This document shows positions 38,829 through 46,974 of a stretch of 64,000 nt of DNA, in pieces. Source of the DNA: a virus; the IMG/VR virus record IMGVR_UViG_3300037153_000606. One strand, given 5' to 3'. The translations under genes were made by a program, and so were the position numbers. A model generated the notes under the pieces. The model saw nothing but the letters and a program-made list of their open reading frames with translations. It was not told the DNA's origin and did no database searches. The stretch's first letter is position 1, and every line of letters starts with the position of its first letter.

Positions 38829-39878
38829 TCAGCGCCGTCCGGTGGACGTGTAACAGGACGCGGTAGCTCGCGCTATCGCACCAGCCCCACCTGTGCTCGC
38901 GGCATTGAGCACCAAGGGTCCGCCGTCCAGCGAGACGGTAACAGTACCCACCGTCCCCGCCGGGGTCGAGGCATATACCGGATCACGTGAGGTCTGCACG
39001 AACTGCACATTGATCCCGATGTCTCGTTGTTGCCCGAAGTCATCGGTCGCGAACTGCATCGTCAATGACCGACAGCTGCCTGGATTGTCGTGGTCAAAGA
39101 TCACGTTGTCGGTATATTTCGGCGCGGTCGAGGTATCCACGATATCTGTTGTGTTGAACAGCGAGTTGCCGACTTGGGTCGTCTGGGGATAACTGCCACG
39201 TTCCGAGAACATCGGTGTGAAGTTGATGGTGGCGTAGCTGTACACCGGCGTGCCCTTACCGACGGCGAGTGCCGAGGACCCCCGGTAGGCCACTAGCCGG
39301 TAGTACATCCTGCCCATCGGGATCTTGGGAGCGGTGACCGTGCCGGACGAGTGATAAAGCCGCATCACCGAGTGGTAGGTCGAGCCGTAGGTGCGTTGCA
39401 GGGTCAGCGACCAGCCGGAGGGCAGGTTGTGCGCCGCGTAGCTGAAGGTGGCCCCGGTGGAGTTCGCGGTGACGTGGGTGTGTATCCCCTTGAGGCTGAC
39501 GCTGACCGCCGGGAGCACCCCGACGTAGGACGACCTGGTGCCGGTCACCCAGCGGTGGTGGTAGACCGCGAGCCGGTACCGGTAGGTGCCGGTGTAGTTC
39601 AGCTTCGGCGCGGTCACCGTTCCGGAGCGGCGGGTGCCCAGCGCGACCACGGTGACCCACTTCTTGCCGGAGAGCCGTTGCAGGTAGCCGTGCGACCCGG
39701 CCGGGACGTGGTGTTCGGCGAAGCTGAAGACCTCCGAGTGCCTGACGTTGATGTAGCGCTGGCTGGCGTGCAGGCTGGCGTGGGCGGCGGCGGCTTGGGC
39801 CGCCGGTGCGACTGCCAGACCCCCGGCCAGCAGCCCCGCGCCGGTGAGCGCGGCGACCAGTTTCCGATTGACGTGCAT
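38829..39878 (-). CDS. secreted protein with two tandem basic beta-sandwich-like repeats
   Basis: Signal peptide MHVNRKLVAALTGAGLLAGGLAVAPAAQA; duplicated unit F..HxxP.G...LQR..SGTVTAPK..YRL.Y. Confidence 0.8.
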   Translation of the reverse strand: MHVNRKLVAALTGAGLLAGGLAVAPAAQAAAAHASLHASQRYINVRHSEVFSFAEHHVPAGSHGYLQRLSGKKWVTVVALGTRRSGTVTAPKLNYTGTYRYRLAVYHHRWVTGTRSSYVGVLPAVSVSLKGIHTHVTANSTGATFSYAAHNLPSGWSLTLQRTYGSTYHSVMRLYHSSGTVTAPKIPMGRMYYRLVAYRGSSALAVGKGTPVYSYATINFTPMFSERGSYPQTTQVGNSLFNTTDIVDTSTAPKYTDNVIFDHDNPGSCRSLTMQFATDDFGQQRDIGINVQFVQTSRDPVYASTPAGTVGTVTVSLDGGPLVLNAASTGGAGAIARATASCYTSTGRR

Positions 39879-39959
39879 GCGGTGTATCCCCCCGAAGACG
39901 TAAGAAGAAGCCCGGCTGATCCGGGCTTCCGTCTCGGGCAACATAGCTGGCGGTGAGGA

Positions 39960-40301
39960 TCATCGCCACTTCAACGGTTGCCCGCCCGCCTGGCGAACCC
40001 CGCCCGCCTTCTGGAACCGTTCGTGCACGGCGGACCGGGACATGCCCATCGCGTCGGCGATCTCCGCCCAGGAGTAGGCCCACCGGTCGGTACGCAGCTC
40101 GGTGATCGCGGCCAACAGCTCGTCGTCGAGCTGGGCACGCAGTTCGGCCAGACCCTGCAGCGCGACCAGGTCGCCCTCCTCGGCAGTGCGCCTGCGCAGG
40201 CCCCTGACGACGCGCTGGACGAACCCGATGTACTCGGTGTTCTCCCGGCGGCGTTTCGTCGATCTGGTGTCCGGAGATCCGGACGTCATCGTGGCAGTCA
40301 T
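39960..40301 (-). CDS. HTH DNA-binding protein
   Basis: YSWAEIADAMGMSRSAVHERF; GGAG RBS. Confidence 0.85.
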   Translation of the reverse strand: MTATMTSGSPDTRSTKRRRENTEYIGFVQRVVRGLRRRTAEEGDLVALQGLAELRAQLDDELLAAITELRTDRWAYSWAEIADAMGMSRSAVHERFQKAGGVRQAGGQPLKWR

Positions 40302-40519
40302 CTGGTAACGCTCCAAACGTAAGAGATGCCGGATGAGATAACCGGCGTTAGGACTACGGTACAACAACTCACGAATTGCCAGCAACCGTTACAACCGACT
40401 AATCTCCACCGGTTGCGGTCTCTCGATCGGTGTGCGTACGATCACACTTCATCCTGACCTGGTCAGTTGATTTTCCTGCCCTGGGTCGGAAACTACGTGA
40501 GATTACGGGGACGTGACGT

Positions 40520-41371
40520 ATGACTAGAACATGGCAGGACAACGCGCACGAGTTCGGCGCGTTGACCAAGCAGGGCAAGGACTTCCGGCTCGCGTTGCTG
40601 GTCGCCTGCTCGGTCGAACGAGGACGGCCTGGACCGAAGGCGATAGACCCAAACGGGTCTATCTCCACCAAGGTCGACGCCAAGTCGTTCGCAGAGGTGG
40701 CGCTGGGCATCCGCAAGTCCGACCGTGTACTGCGTCACTTGGATGCCTGGAACAAGATGGCCGAGGCGTTGCCCGATCAGGTGCCTGTCGCCGACACCCT
40801 CACTCCCGTCGACGCCGAGACCTTCGGCGAAGTCAGTGAGGAGGTCCAAGACAAGTTCGCCGAAGTCTTCACGTCGATCACCGACGAGAAGCCGACTGGC
40901 GGACGCCCACGCGACTCCAAGCCCGAGGATGCGGCGGCGATCATCGGCAAGCGCGGTGCCAAGGCCGTCCTGGACGAGATGTCCACCGACGAGTTCAACA
41001 AGCTGGCCGAGGCGGTTAGCAAGAAGCGTGCTGAGAACTTTGAGTCCGATTTCGCCAAGCAGCGCAAGCGCAAGCCCAAGCCGAAGGACAACGGCAACGA
41101 CGGTGGTGCGGACAAAGACGAACTGGCCAAGCAGGCCACCCGACTCGCCTTGTTCGCCCAGACCGAACCCGGTCCGGGTTCGTTGTTGGAGATCAACTCA
41201 ATTCTCGTCGGCCCTAAGCGGACCCATCTGGATGCCGAGATCTTCCAGTATTTAGGGGAATGGATCGACCGGATGCGGATGGGTCTCGACATGGTCGAAC
41301 GCGCTCTCAAAAGCGCCACGACCGGCGAGGATCTGGCGGGCCAGATCGAAGACTTCCTCAGCGAGCAGTAG
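40520..41371 (+). CDS. actinophage hypothetical protein, possibly DNA-binding
   Basis: 283-aa ORF; KVDAKSFAE...RVLRHLDAW HTH-like segment. Confidence 0.7.
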   Translation: MTRTWQDNAHEFGALTKQGKDFRLALLVACSVERGRPGPKAIDPNGSISTKVDAKSFAEVALGIRKSDRVLRHLDAWNKMAEALPDQVPVADTLTPVDAETFGEVSEEVQDKFAEVFTSITDEKPTGGRPRDSKPEDAAAIIGKRGAKAVLDEMSTDEFNKLAEAVSKKRAENFESDFAKQRKRKPKPKDNGNDGGADKDELAKQATRLALFAQTEPGPGSLLEINSILVGPKRTHLDAEIFQYLGEWIDRMRMGLDMVERALKSATTGEDLAGQIEDFLSEQ

Positions 41372-41416
41372 AGGGCGAGCTGGGGCAGAAATCTACCAAG
41401 AGGGAGGTGAACACAT

Positions 41417-41881
41417 ATGGGACGACGATTACAAGCAGCGTCAACCGTGGCCTTCCTCAAGCAACGCGGGGGAGCTAACTGGATAGATCTTGCCGCCGAG
41501 TTCGGTGTCACCCGGGCAGGGGTGAAGAACCGGATCAAGGCGGCCCGGATCTACCTGGTAGAACAAGGTGCGCGAGAGACGATCGCGAGACCGACCCGGG
41601 AGAACGATTTCCTGTACATGGTGACCGGGCAGTTGTACGGCACCAGTTGGACAGAGCCCGGCATTACCCCGGGAGCCAGGGATGATCTCCAGGCGATTCG
41701 CGGGATCTTGATCAGGATGCGCGATCAGATCGAGATCGGGTTGGACAACGAGGTCAACCGCAAGAGCGGCCAGTACCGCGAAGGCCAGAAGGTTGCCGCG
41801 TCGCTGACCTTGGTCATCGACGAGACTGACAAGAAGGAGAAGGTCATCAGGAAGTATCTCGCCCGCAGTATGGGCACCTGA
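41417..41881 (+). CDS. HTH-domain protein
   Basis: GGAGGTG RBS; WIDLAAEFGVTRAGVKNRI. Confidence 0.75.
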   Translation: MGRRLQAASTVAFLKQRGGANWIDLAAEFGVTRAGVKNRIKAARIYLVEQGARETIARPTRENDFLYMVTGQLYGTSWTEPGITPGARDDLQAIRGILIRMRDQIEIGLDNEVNRKSGQYREGQKVAASLTLVIDETDKKEKVIRKYLARSMGT

Positions 41882-41939
41882 CCGAAGGCCGGGCAGGCGG
41901 CGTCCCGTCGCAAGTTCTGCCGCCTGCCTGGTCCTCGGT
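41881..41939 (+). terminator. long imperfect hairpin after the stop codon
   Basis: ACCGAAGGCCGGGCAGGCGG / CCGCCTGCCTGGTCCTCGGT. Confidence 0.55.
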
Positions 41940-41985
41940 CAGGACCTAAAGAGTATCAGGTTGAGATGACTCAGGATATGATTAG

Positions 41986-42015
41986 TCCTGTAATTGACAA
42001 CCGCTTATTACAGGA
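41986..42015. promoter_or_regulatory. 9-bp inverted repeat overlapping TTGACA (operator/origin-like)
   Basis: TCCTGTAAT-N12-ATTACAGGA in an AT-rich gap. Confidence 0.6.
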
Positions 42016-42026
42016 TCTTACGTAGC

Positions 42027-43118
42027 ATGGAACACTTCACAGAACTGGCACGGATGCCGCGCAGCAAGGTCGATTGGCTCTGGCGACCTTACATCCCAGC
42101 TCGGCGATTGACGATCATCGAAGGTCATCCGGGCGAGATGAAATCGACACTGACTCTTGATCTTGCGGCTCGGGTCACCCGAGGGATACGGATGCCCGAC
42201 GACACGTCGGGACCCGAGGCGACCAATGTTGTGGTCATCTCGGCCGAGGACGATCCGGGCGACACCATCCGGCCTCGATTCGAGGCTGCCGGTGGTGACG
42301 TTGCCCGGGTGTCGGTGCTCGACCCGAATGCCGAACAACTGTTGTCCTTCCCCGAGGACTCGGCCGTGTTGGAACAGTTCGTGGTGGACCACGAGGTCGG
42401 GCTGGTGATCCTGGACCCTCTCAATGCCTTTCTCGGGGATGGAGTCGGCACCAACTCCGACCACTCAGTGCGTCGCGCCCTACTGCCGCTCGCCCGGATG
42501 GCGACCCGTACCGGCGTGACGATCGTCGTGATCAGACATTTGACCAAGGCAAAAACGGAAGATCCACGCCTTCGTGGCCAGGGATCGATCGCGTTCACCG
42601 GCGCGGTGCGTTCGGGCTTGCTGGTGGCGACAAGGCCGGAAGAACCGGAGGTGCACTATCTGGCGGCGGTCAAGCACTCACTGACCGCACGGCCACCGAC
42701 ATTGATGTTCCGGGCCGCCGAGGTGCCGAAGCTGGATACCGTCAAGATCACCTGGGTGGGCCCGGCGATCGACGTCACCGCCGCCGACCTGTTGACTCCG
42801 GCAGGCAAAGGATCTGACTCGCCCACCATGCAGTGCGCAGTGGCGTTGCGTGGCTACCTGACGCAACGGCACGGACACGCACCTGCCAAGGAAGTGGGCG
42901 ACGAAATGGCCCGCCTCGGGTTCAGTGCCGGAGTGGTGCGGCGTGCCAAGGAAGGGCTGGGGATCGAGTCCAAGCGGCAGCGGTGGGGCCAAGGCGGGAC
43001 CTGGGAGTGGCACTTGAACACGGAGCGGACGCTAGCCGTGGTCGCCCCCATAGATGCCATAGATGTACCACCGACACCTATGGCACCTATGAACGGCGAG
43101 GACGGAGAGCCCAAGTAG
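42027..43118 (+). CDS. AAA_25 / RepA-like ATPase-helicase
   Basis: VDWLWRPYIP..LTIIEGHPGEMKSTL..SAEDD..IRPR..LVILDP..IRHLTK..GSIAF; start could be 41994. Confidence 0.88.
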   Translation: MEHFTELARMPRSKVDWLWRPYIPARRLTIIEGHPGEMKSTLTLDLAARVTRGIRMPDDTSGPEATNVVVISAEDDPGDTIRPRFEAAGGDVARVSVLDPNAEQLLSFPEDSAVLEQFVVDHEVGLVILDPLNAFLGDGVGTNSDHSVRRALLPLARMATRTGVTIVVIRHLTKAKTEDPRLRGQGSIAFTGAVRSGLLVATRPEEPEVHYLAAVKHSLTARPPTLMFRAAEVPKLDTVKITWVGPAIDVTAADLLTPAGKGSDSPTMQCAVALRGYLTQRHGHAPAKEVGDEMARLGFSAGVVRRAKEGLGIESKRQRWGQGGTWEWHLNTERTLAVVAPIDAIDVPPTPMAPMNGEDGEPK

Positions 43119-43144
43119 ACAACTCACAAAATGGCACGTACACT
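43116..43144 (+). promoter_or_regulatory. SigA-like promoter TAGACA-N17-TACACT with an ACAACTCAC box over the -35
   Basis: Canonical 17-bp spacing in an AT-rich gap. Confidence 0.65.
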
Positions 43145-43194
43145 TAGACCTACACACTCAACTACGTACCACGTACTACGAAGGAGCCATCACC

Positions 43195-43359
43195 ATGTAC
43201 GCATCTTCCGCCCAGCGCCCGGCCAACGGTCACGGCTGGGGCCAGTCCTCGCCGTATTCGCCACCCCCGGCGAACGGCAACGGGTGGCACAGTAACTCCC
43301 GTCCCACCACGATGCCTCCGGCCGACGGTCGCGGATGGGGCCGCCCGAACGGCCGCTGA
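43195..43359 (+). CDS. 54-aa peptide with three PA(N/D)GxGW repeats (absent from the ORF track)
   Basis: AAGGAGCCA RBS, upstream promoter, synonymous variation between repeats. Confidence 0.75.
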   Translation: MYASSAQRPANGHGWGQSSPYSPPPANGNGWHSNSRPTTMPPADGRGWGRPNGR

Positions 43360-43397
43360 ACCACACGACTGACCACGAACCGAGGAGCCACCGCACC

Positions 43398-45419
43398 ATG
43401 ACCTGGATCGATGCCGAAGAAGCGTTCGCCGCGCACTTCGACCGTTACGAACCGCGTGTGCCGCAACGCCAGTTGGCGCAGCGCATCGAGGCCGCGTTGG
43501 CCGAGGGCGTCAACCTGATGGCCGAAGCGCCGACCGGTACCGGTAAGTCGTACGCCGGGCTGGTGCCTGCGATCGATTTCGCTGTCGCGGCCCGCCGTCC
43601 GATCTGCGCCGCCACCGGTACGAAGGCGCTGCAGGATCAGTACATCCTCGATCTCGAAGCACTCAAGGCGATGTACTACCCGGACCTCAAGTTCGTGATC
43701 ATCAAGGGGCGCGGCAACTATCTGTGCCGGGCAAAGTTGGCCGAGATCGAGAAGGGCAAGTCCCCCGCCCCTCTGGGGATCGAGATGGACACCCTGCTGT
43801 CCGCCGCAGAGGTTGACGGCGTCAACGGCGACCTGGACCGGATGGGCCTGACCCTGCAGCCCCGCGAGCGCATGGCGCTGACCGCGACGGCTGACGAGTG
43901 CCCCGGCAAGAACTCCTGCCCGTTCGGCAACGTCTGCTTCGCCGAGCGGGTCAAGGCCAAGGCCGCCGAGGCCAATGTAGTGGTCGCCAACCACGCGCTG
44001 GTCGCGGTCGACGCTGTCTTGAAGGCGCAAGGCATCGAGATGCTGCCGCCGTTCTCGGCGATGATCATCGACGAGGCGCACGAGTTCGAGGGGTACGTGT
44101 CCAACGCGCTCGGCACCTCGATCACCGAGCGGGCGCTGACCGACCTGGCCGCCCGGGTCGTCGACTTCACCGGGGACCGCGAGTCGCTCGGCAAGGCCAA
44201 CGTCAGCGCCAAGCTGCTCTTCGACAAGCTGCGCTTCATCTTGCGCCAGTCCGAGCGGCCCAACGAGACCACCGTGGCGATCACCCCGGCGCTGCTACTG
44301 CAGCTGGAGTCCGAGTTGGGTTCGGTGCTGCGCATGCTGGCGCACTTCGAGGGCAAGCTGGCCATGACCGAGGCGTTCACCGACGAGGACGTGATCAAGC
44401 GCCGCCGCCTGCGCAAGCGGGTCACCTCGATGACCGACAAGGTCAAGGCGATCGTGCTGGCCGACTTCGCCGACATGGTCCGCTGGATCGAGGTCGAGTC
44501 CAAGGAGCGTTACGACGGCTCTACCGTCGAGCGGCTCTCCCTGGAGCAGGCCCCGCTGGACGTCGCGCCGTTCCTGGCCCAGGCGCTCTGGCCGTGGCAG
44601 CCCAACGTGCTGATGTCCGCGACGCTGTCCATCGGCGGCGACTTCTCCTACCTCGCCGGGCGGCTCGGGCTGACCGGGCTCAACCCGGACCTGCCGACAC
44701 TGCAGACCTTCCGCTGCCCGACCCCGTTCGACTACCAGAAGCAGTCGGTGACATACGTGCCGCACGACATGCCGCACCCGGTCAAGGAGCAGGCCGCGTT
44801 CCGCTCAGCGGTCAACCTGCACATGGCCGAGCTGGTGCGCGCCTCCGACGGGCGGGCGCTGCTGCTGTTCACCTCCAAGGCCGGTCTGGAGTCGGCCCAC
44901 CGCGCCCTCAAGCCGGTCATCGAGCAGATGGGGCACCGGGTGCTCAAGCAGTACGACGCGCCGACCCGGATGCTGGCCGAGCAGTTCAAGGCCGACGAGC
45001 ACAGCGTGCTGTTCGCGACCAAGTCGTTCTTCACCGGGATGGACATTCAGGGTGACGCGCTGCGGCTGCTGGTGGTCGACAAGCTGCCCTTCCCGGTGCC
45101 TTCGGTGCTGTTCAAAGCACAGTGCGACGCCATCGACGCCAGGGCGGGCGGCAGCTTCAACCAGGGCTCGTTTATGACCCGGCAGGTGCCGGAGATGCAG
45201 ATCACCCTGACCCAGGCGATCGGCCGCCTGATCCGGTCCACTTCCGACCGGGGCTTGGCCGTGGTGCTGGATCCGCGCCTGCACATCATGCCGTCCTACG
45301 GAAAGCGCACTCTCAAGGCGTTGCAGACCACGTTTCCGTCGCCGTTGGTCACCGAGCTGGGCGAGGCGATCGCCTACCTGCGCTCGCTGGAGCCGCAGAT
45401 CGAGGAGGTGCCGGTATGA
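43398..45419 (+). CDS. dinG: DinG/YoaA-family Fe-S DNA helicase
   Basis: Q motif PR.PQ, EAPTGTGKS, KGRGNYLC..C..C..C, DEAH, MSATL, LFTS, KLPFP, QAIGRLIR. Confidence 0.95.
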   Translation: MTWIDAEEAFAAHFDRYEPRVPQRQLAQRIEAALAEGVNLMAEAPTGTGKSYAGLVPAIDFAVAARRPICAATGTKALQDQYILDLEALKAMYYPDLKFVIIKGRGNYLCRAKLAEIEKGKSPAPLGIEMDTLLSAAEVDGVNGDLDRMGLTLQPRERMALTATADECPGKNSCPFGNVCFAERVKAKAAEANVVVANHALVAVDAVLKAQGIEMLPPFSAMIIDEAHEFEGYVSNALGTSITERALTDLAARVVDFTGDRESLGKANVSAKLLFDKLRFILRQSERPNETTVAITPALLLQLESELGSVLRMLAHFEGKLAMTEAFTDEDVIKRRRLRKRVTSMTDKVKAIVLADFADMVRWIEVESKERYDGSTVERLSLEQAPLDVAPFLAQALWPWQPNVLMSATLSIGGDFSYLAGRLGLTGLNPDLPTLQTFRCPTPFDYQKQSVTYVPHDMPHPVKEQAAFRSAVNLHMAELVRASDGRALLLFTSKAGLESAHRALKPVIEQMGHRVLKQYDAPTRMLAEQFKADEHSVLFATKSFFTGMDIQGDALRLLVVDKLPFPVPSVLFKAQCDAIDARAGGSFNQGSFMTRQVPEMQITLTQAIGRLIRSTSDRGLAVVLDPRLHIMPSYGKRTLKALQTTFPSPLVTELGEAIAYLRSLEPQIEEVPV

Positions 45420-45715
45420 CCGATGATCCGGTGGCGACGCTGACCGCGCTCGCGGCGAAACTACGAGCCGAGGCGATCGTCTACATTCGTGGCGAGCAGC
45501 GCGTCCTGCGTGAAACTCTCGCCGAGCACATCGACGGCGTGATCGAACGATGGACCTATTGGCATGATGGTGGCTTCCACCAGTCTCAAGTAATAGTGCT
45601 TGCTGAGGCTGACGTGCGTGAGTTGCTAGCCATCGCCGAAGCGCTCAAAGCCGCGCCGGATCGCCCGGAAAACGACGCCCGAATCATCAATGAGATGGAC
45701 GCGGACCATGTCTGA
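45416..45715 (+). CDS. hypothetical protein, tandem paralogue A
   Basis: DPVATLTALA..LAEHIDGVI..LLA.AEALK shared with the next gene. Confidence 0.75.
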   Translation: MTDDPVATLTALAAKLRAEAIVYIRGEQRVLRETLAEHIDGVIERWTYWHDGGFHQSQVIVLAEADVRELLAIAEALKAAPDRPENDARIINEMDADHV

Positions 45716-45974
45716 CCCGGTGGCGACGCTGACCGCGCTCGCGGAGCGCTACCGCAAGCTCGCTGCGATGCACAATGCACCGCGCAATTCGGCAAGAGAA
45801 TGGATCGCCCTGGCCGAGCACATCGACGGCGTGATCGGGTGGTGCCAGGACCGCGACGATCTGGACCGGAGCGCGCAGTTCGTGGTTGACGACATGATCC
45901 AGGGACTGCTGGCCGTTGCGGAAGCACTGAAACTCTCTAACGAACCACACTCACTGAATCAGGGGGAACCGTAA
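45708..45974 (+). CDS. hypothetical protein, tandem paralogue B
   Basis: Same three blocks as paralogue A. Confidence 0.75.
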   Translation: MSDPVATLTALAERYRKLAAMHNAPRNSAREWIALAEHIDGVIGWCQDRDDLDRSAQFVVDDMIQGLLAVAEALKLSNEPHSLNQGEP

Positions 45975-46462
45975 TGCTCGCCAAACCCGACACGCCGTTG
46001 GTCAGGATGTTCCAGGGACTGTCTTGTCTAGTGGACAAGTGCAAGTACCCGCCCACCGCGTTGATCACCACCATGTGCCAGGAGGGACATCTGCGCCATG
46101 GCCCGATCTGTAACAAGCACCGTTGCGAAGAAAGGCTGAACTGCGCTGCCTGCCAGAAGAAGGATAAGAAGTCCACGCTGTTCGGCGAGCCACTGCCGCC
46201 CAAGCCGGACTTCGTGATCACCGGTCCTCCGATGGGCAAGCGCAGGCCGAACATGGCTCGGCCCACCACGCTGCACAAGTTGCACTGCAGCGAGGAACCG
46301 CGTGCCGGAGCACTCACGGAATGGAGTCGCTGGAAGGTGCCCGAGACAGAAATTGAGTTCACCGACAACAAGGCAATCTGGGACAAGACATTCACATTGC
46401 GGTTGTGCCGCAAGTGCAACCCGCGTCCGATGCACGGCCCACTGCTGGCTTACGCATCGTGA
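45974..46462 (+). CDS. Cys-rich putative zinc-binding protein
   Basis: TAATG overlap; multiple C/H pairs (CQEGH, CNKH, CAAC, CRKC). Confidence 0.7.
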   Translation: MLAKPDTPLVRMFQGLSCLVDKCKYPPTALITTMCQEGHLRHGPICNKHRCEERLNCAACQKKDKKSTLFGEPLPPKPDFVITGPPMGKRRPNMARPTTLHKLHCSEEPRAGALTEWSRWKVPETEIEFTDNKAIWDKTFTLRLCRKCNPRPMHGPLLAYAS

Positions 46463-46469
46463 CAAGACC

Positions 46470-46569
46470 TGCCGGACGGTCGAGGTAGGGTGGCTCCCCT
46501 CCTGTTCGGCACTGCGACAGGCCCCGGTGGTTCGAGGTAGGTGGCTCCTCCCTCACCACCGGGGCCTGT
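46470..46569 (+). ncRNA. twin-hairpin element with a conserved TCGAGGTAGG(G)TGGCTCC apex; candidate sRNA or cis-regulator
   Basis: Two hairpins with unrelated outer stems and the same apical module. Confidence 0.6.
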
Positions 46570-46611
46570 ACGCTGCTGCGCGCCGGAACGTCAGAGACGA
46601 AGGGGGCCGGG

Positions 46612-46914
46612 ATGTCCCGAGCCGCGATCGTGCTGTGGATCCGCGACGCCGACGAGGAGGAGGACGACCAGAACCGGTTCGCCGAGATCATCGCCGCGAT
46701 CAAGGAGAGGTTCCCCGAGGTGCACCGGGGATACATCACCCTCCGCCCCGAGACACTGGGAGTCCTGGACCGGATGTACGACGGGGAGATCGAACCGGAG
46801 GTCCCGTACTGCGGCTACCCCCGTTTCGATATGGCCCAGTGCGGGCTGCTGCCCGGCCATTCCGGTGGGCACGGGCGGTGGCAGGTCCCGCCGACGCCGA
46901 ACCATTCATCCTGA
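46612..46914 (+). CDS. hypothetical protein (100 aa)
   Basis: AAGGGGG RBS; codon bias. Confidence 0.7.
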   Translation: MSRAAIVLWIRDADEEEDDQNRFAEIIAAIKERFPEVHRGYITLRPETLGVLDRMYDGEIEPEVPYCGYPRFDMAQCGLLPGHSGGHGRWQVPPTPNHSS

Positions 46915-46974
46915 CTTTGTCGGTGCCCTCCGCTACCATCGGCGCAACGTCCCGACTTACGAAGGAGCACTCAC

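Noticed and set aside
43219-43341. Mini CRISPR-like array (24-nt repeats) upstream of DinG, as in type IV systems
   Set aside because: Repeats are non-palindromic and vary at synonymous positions of a peptide ORF; no cas5/6/7 genes
43335-43397. Extended starts given by the ORF track (e.g. 43335, 1851, 7714, 11457, 28497, 35497, 60049, 61804)
   Set aside because: Downstream starts with SD sequences or stop-start overlaps fit better
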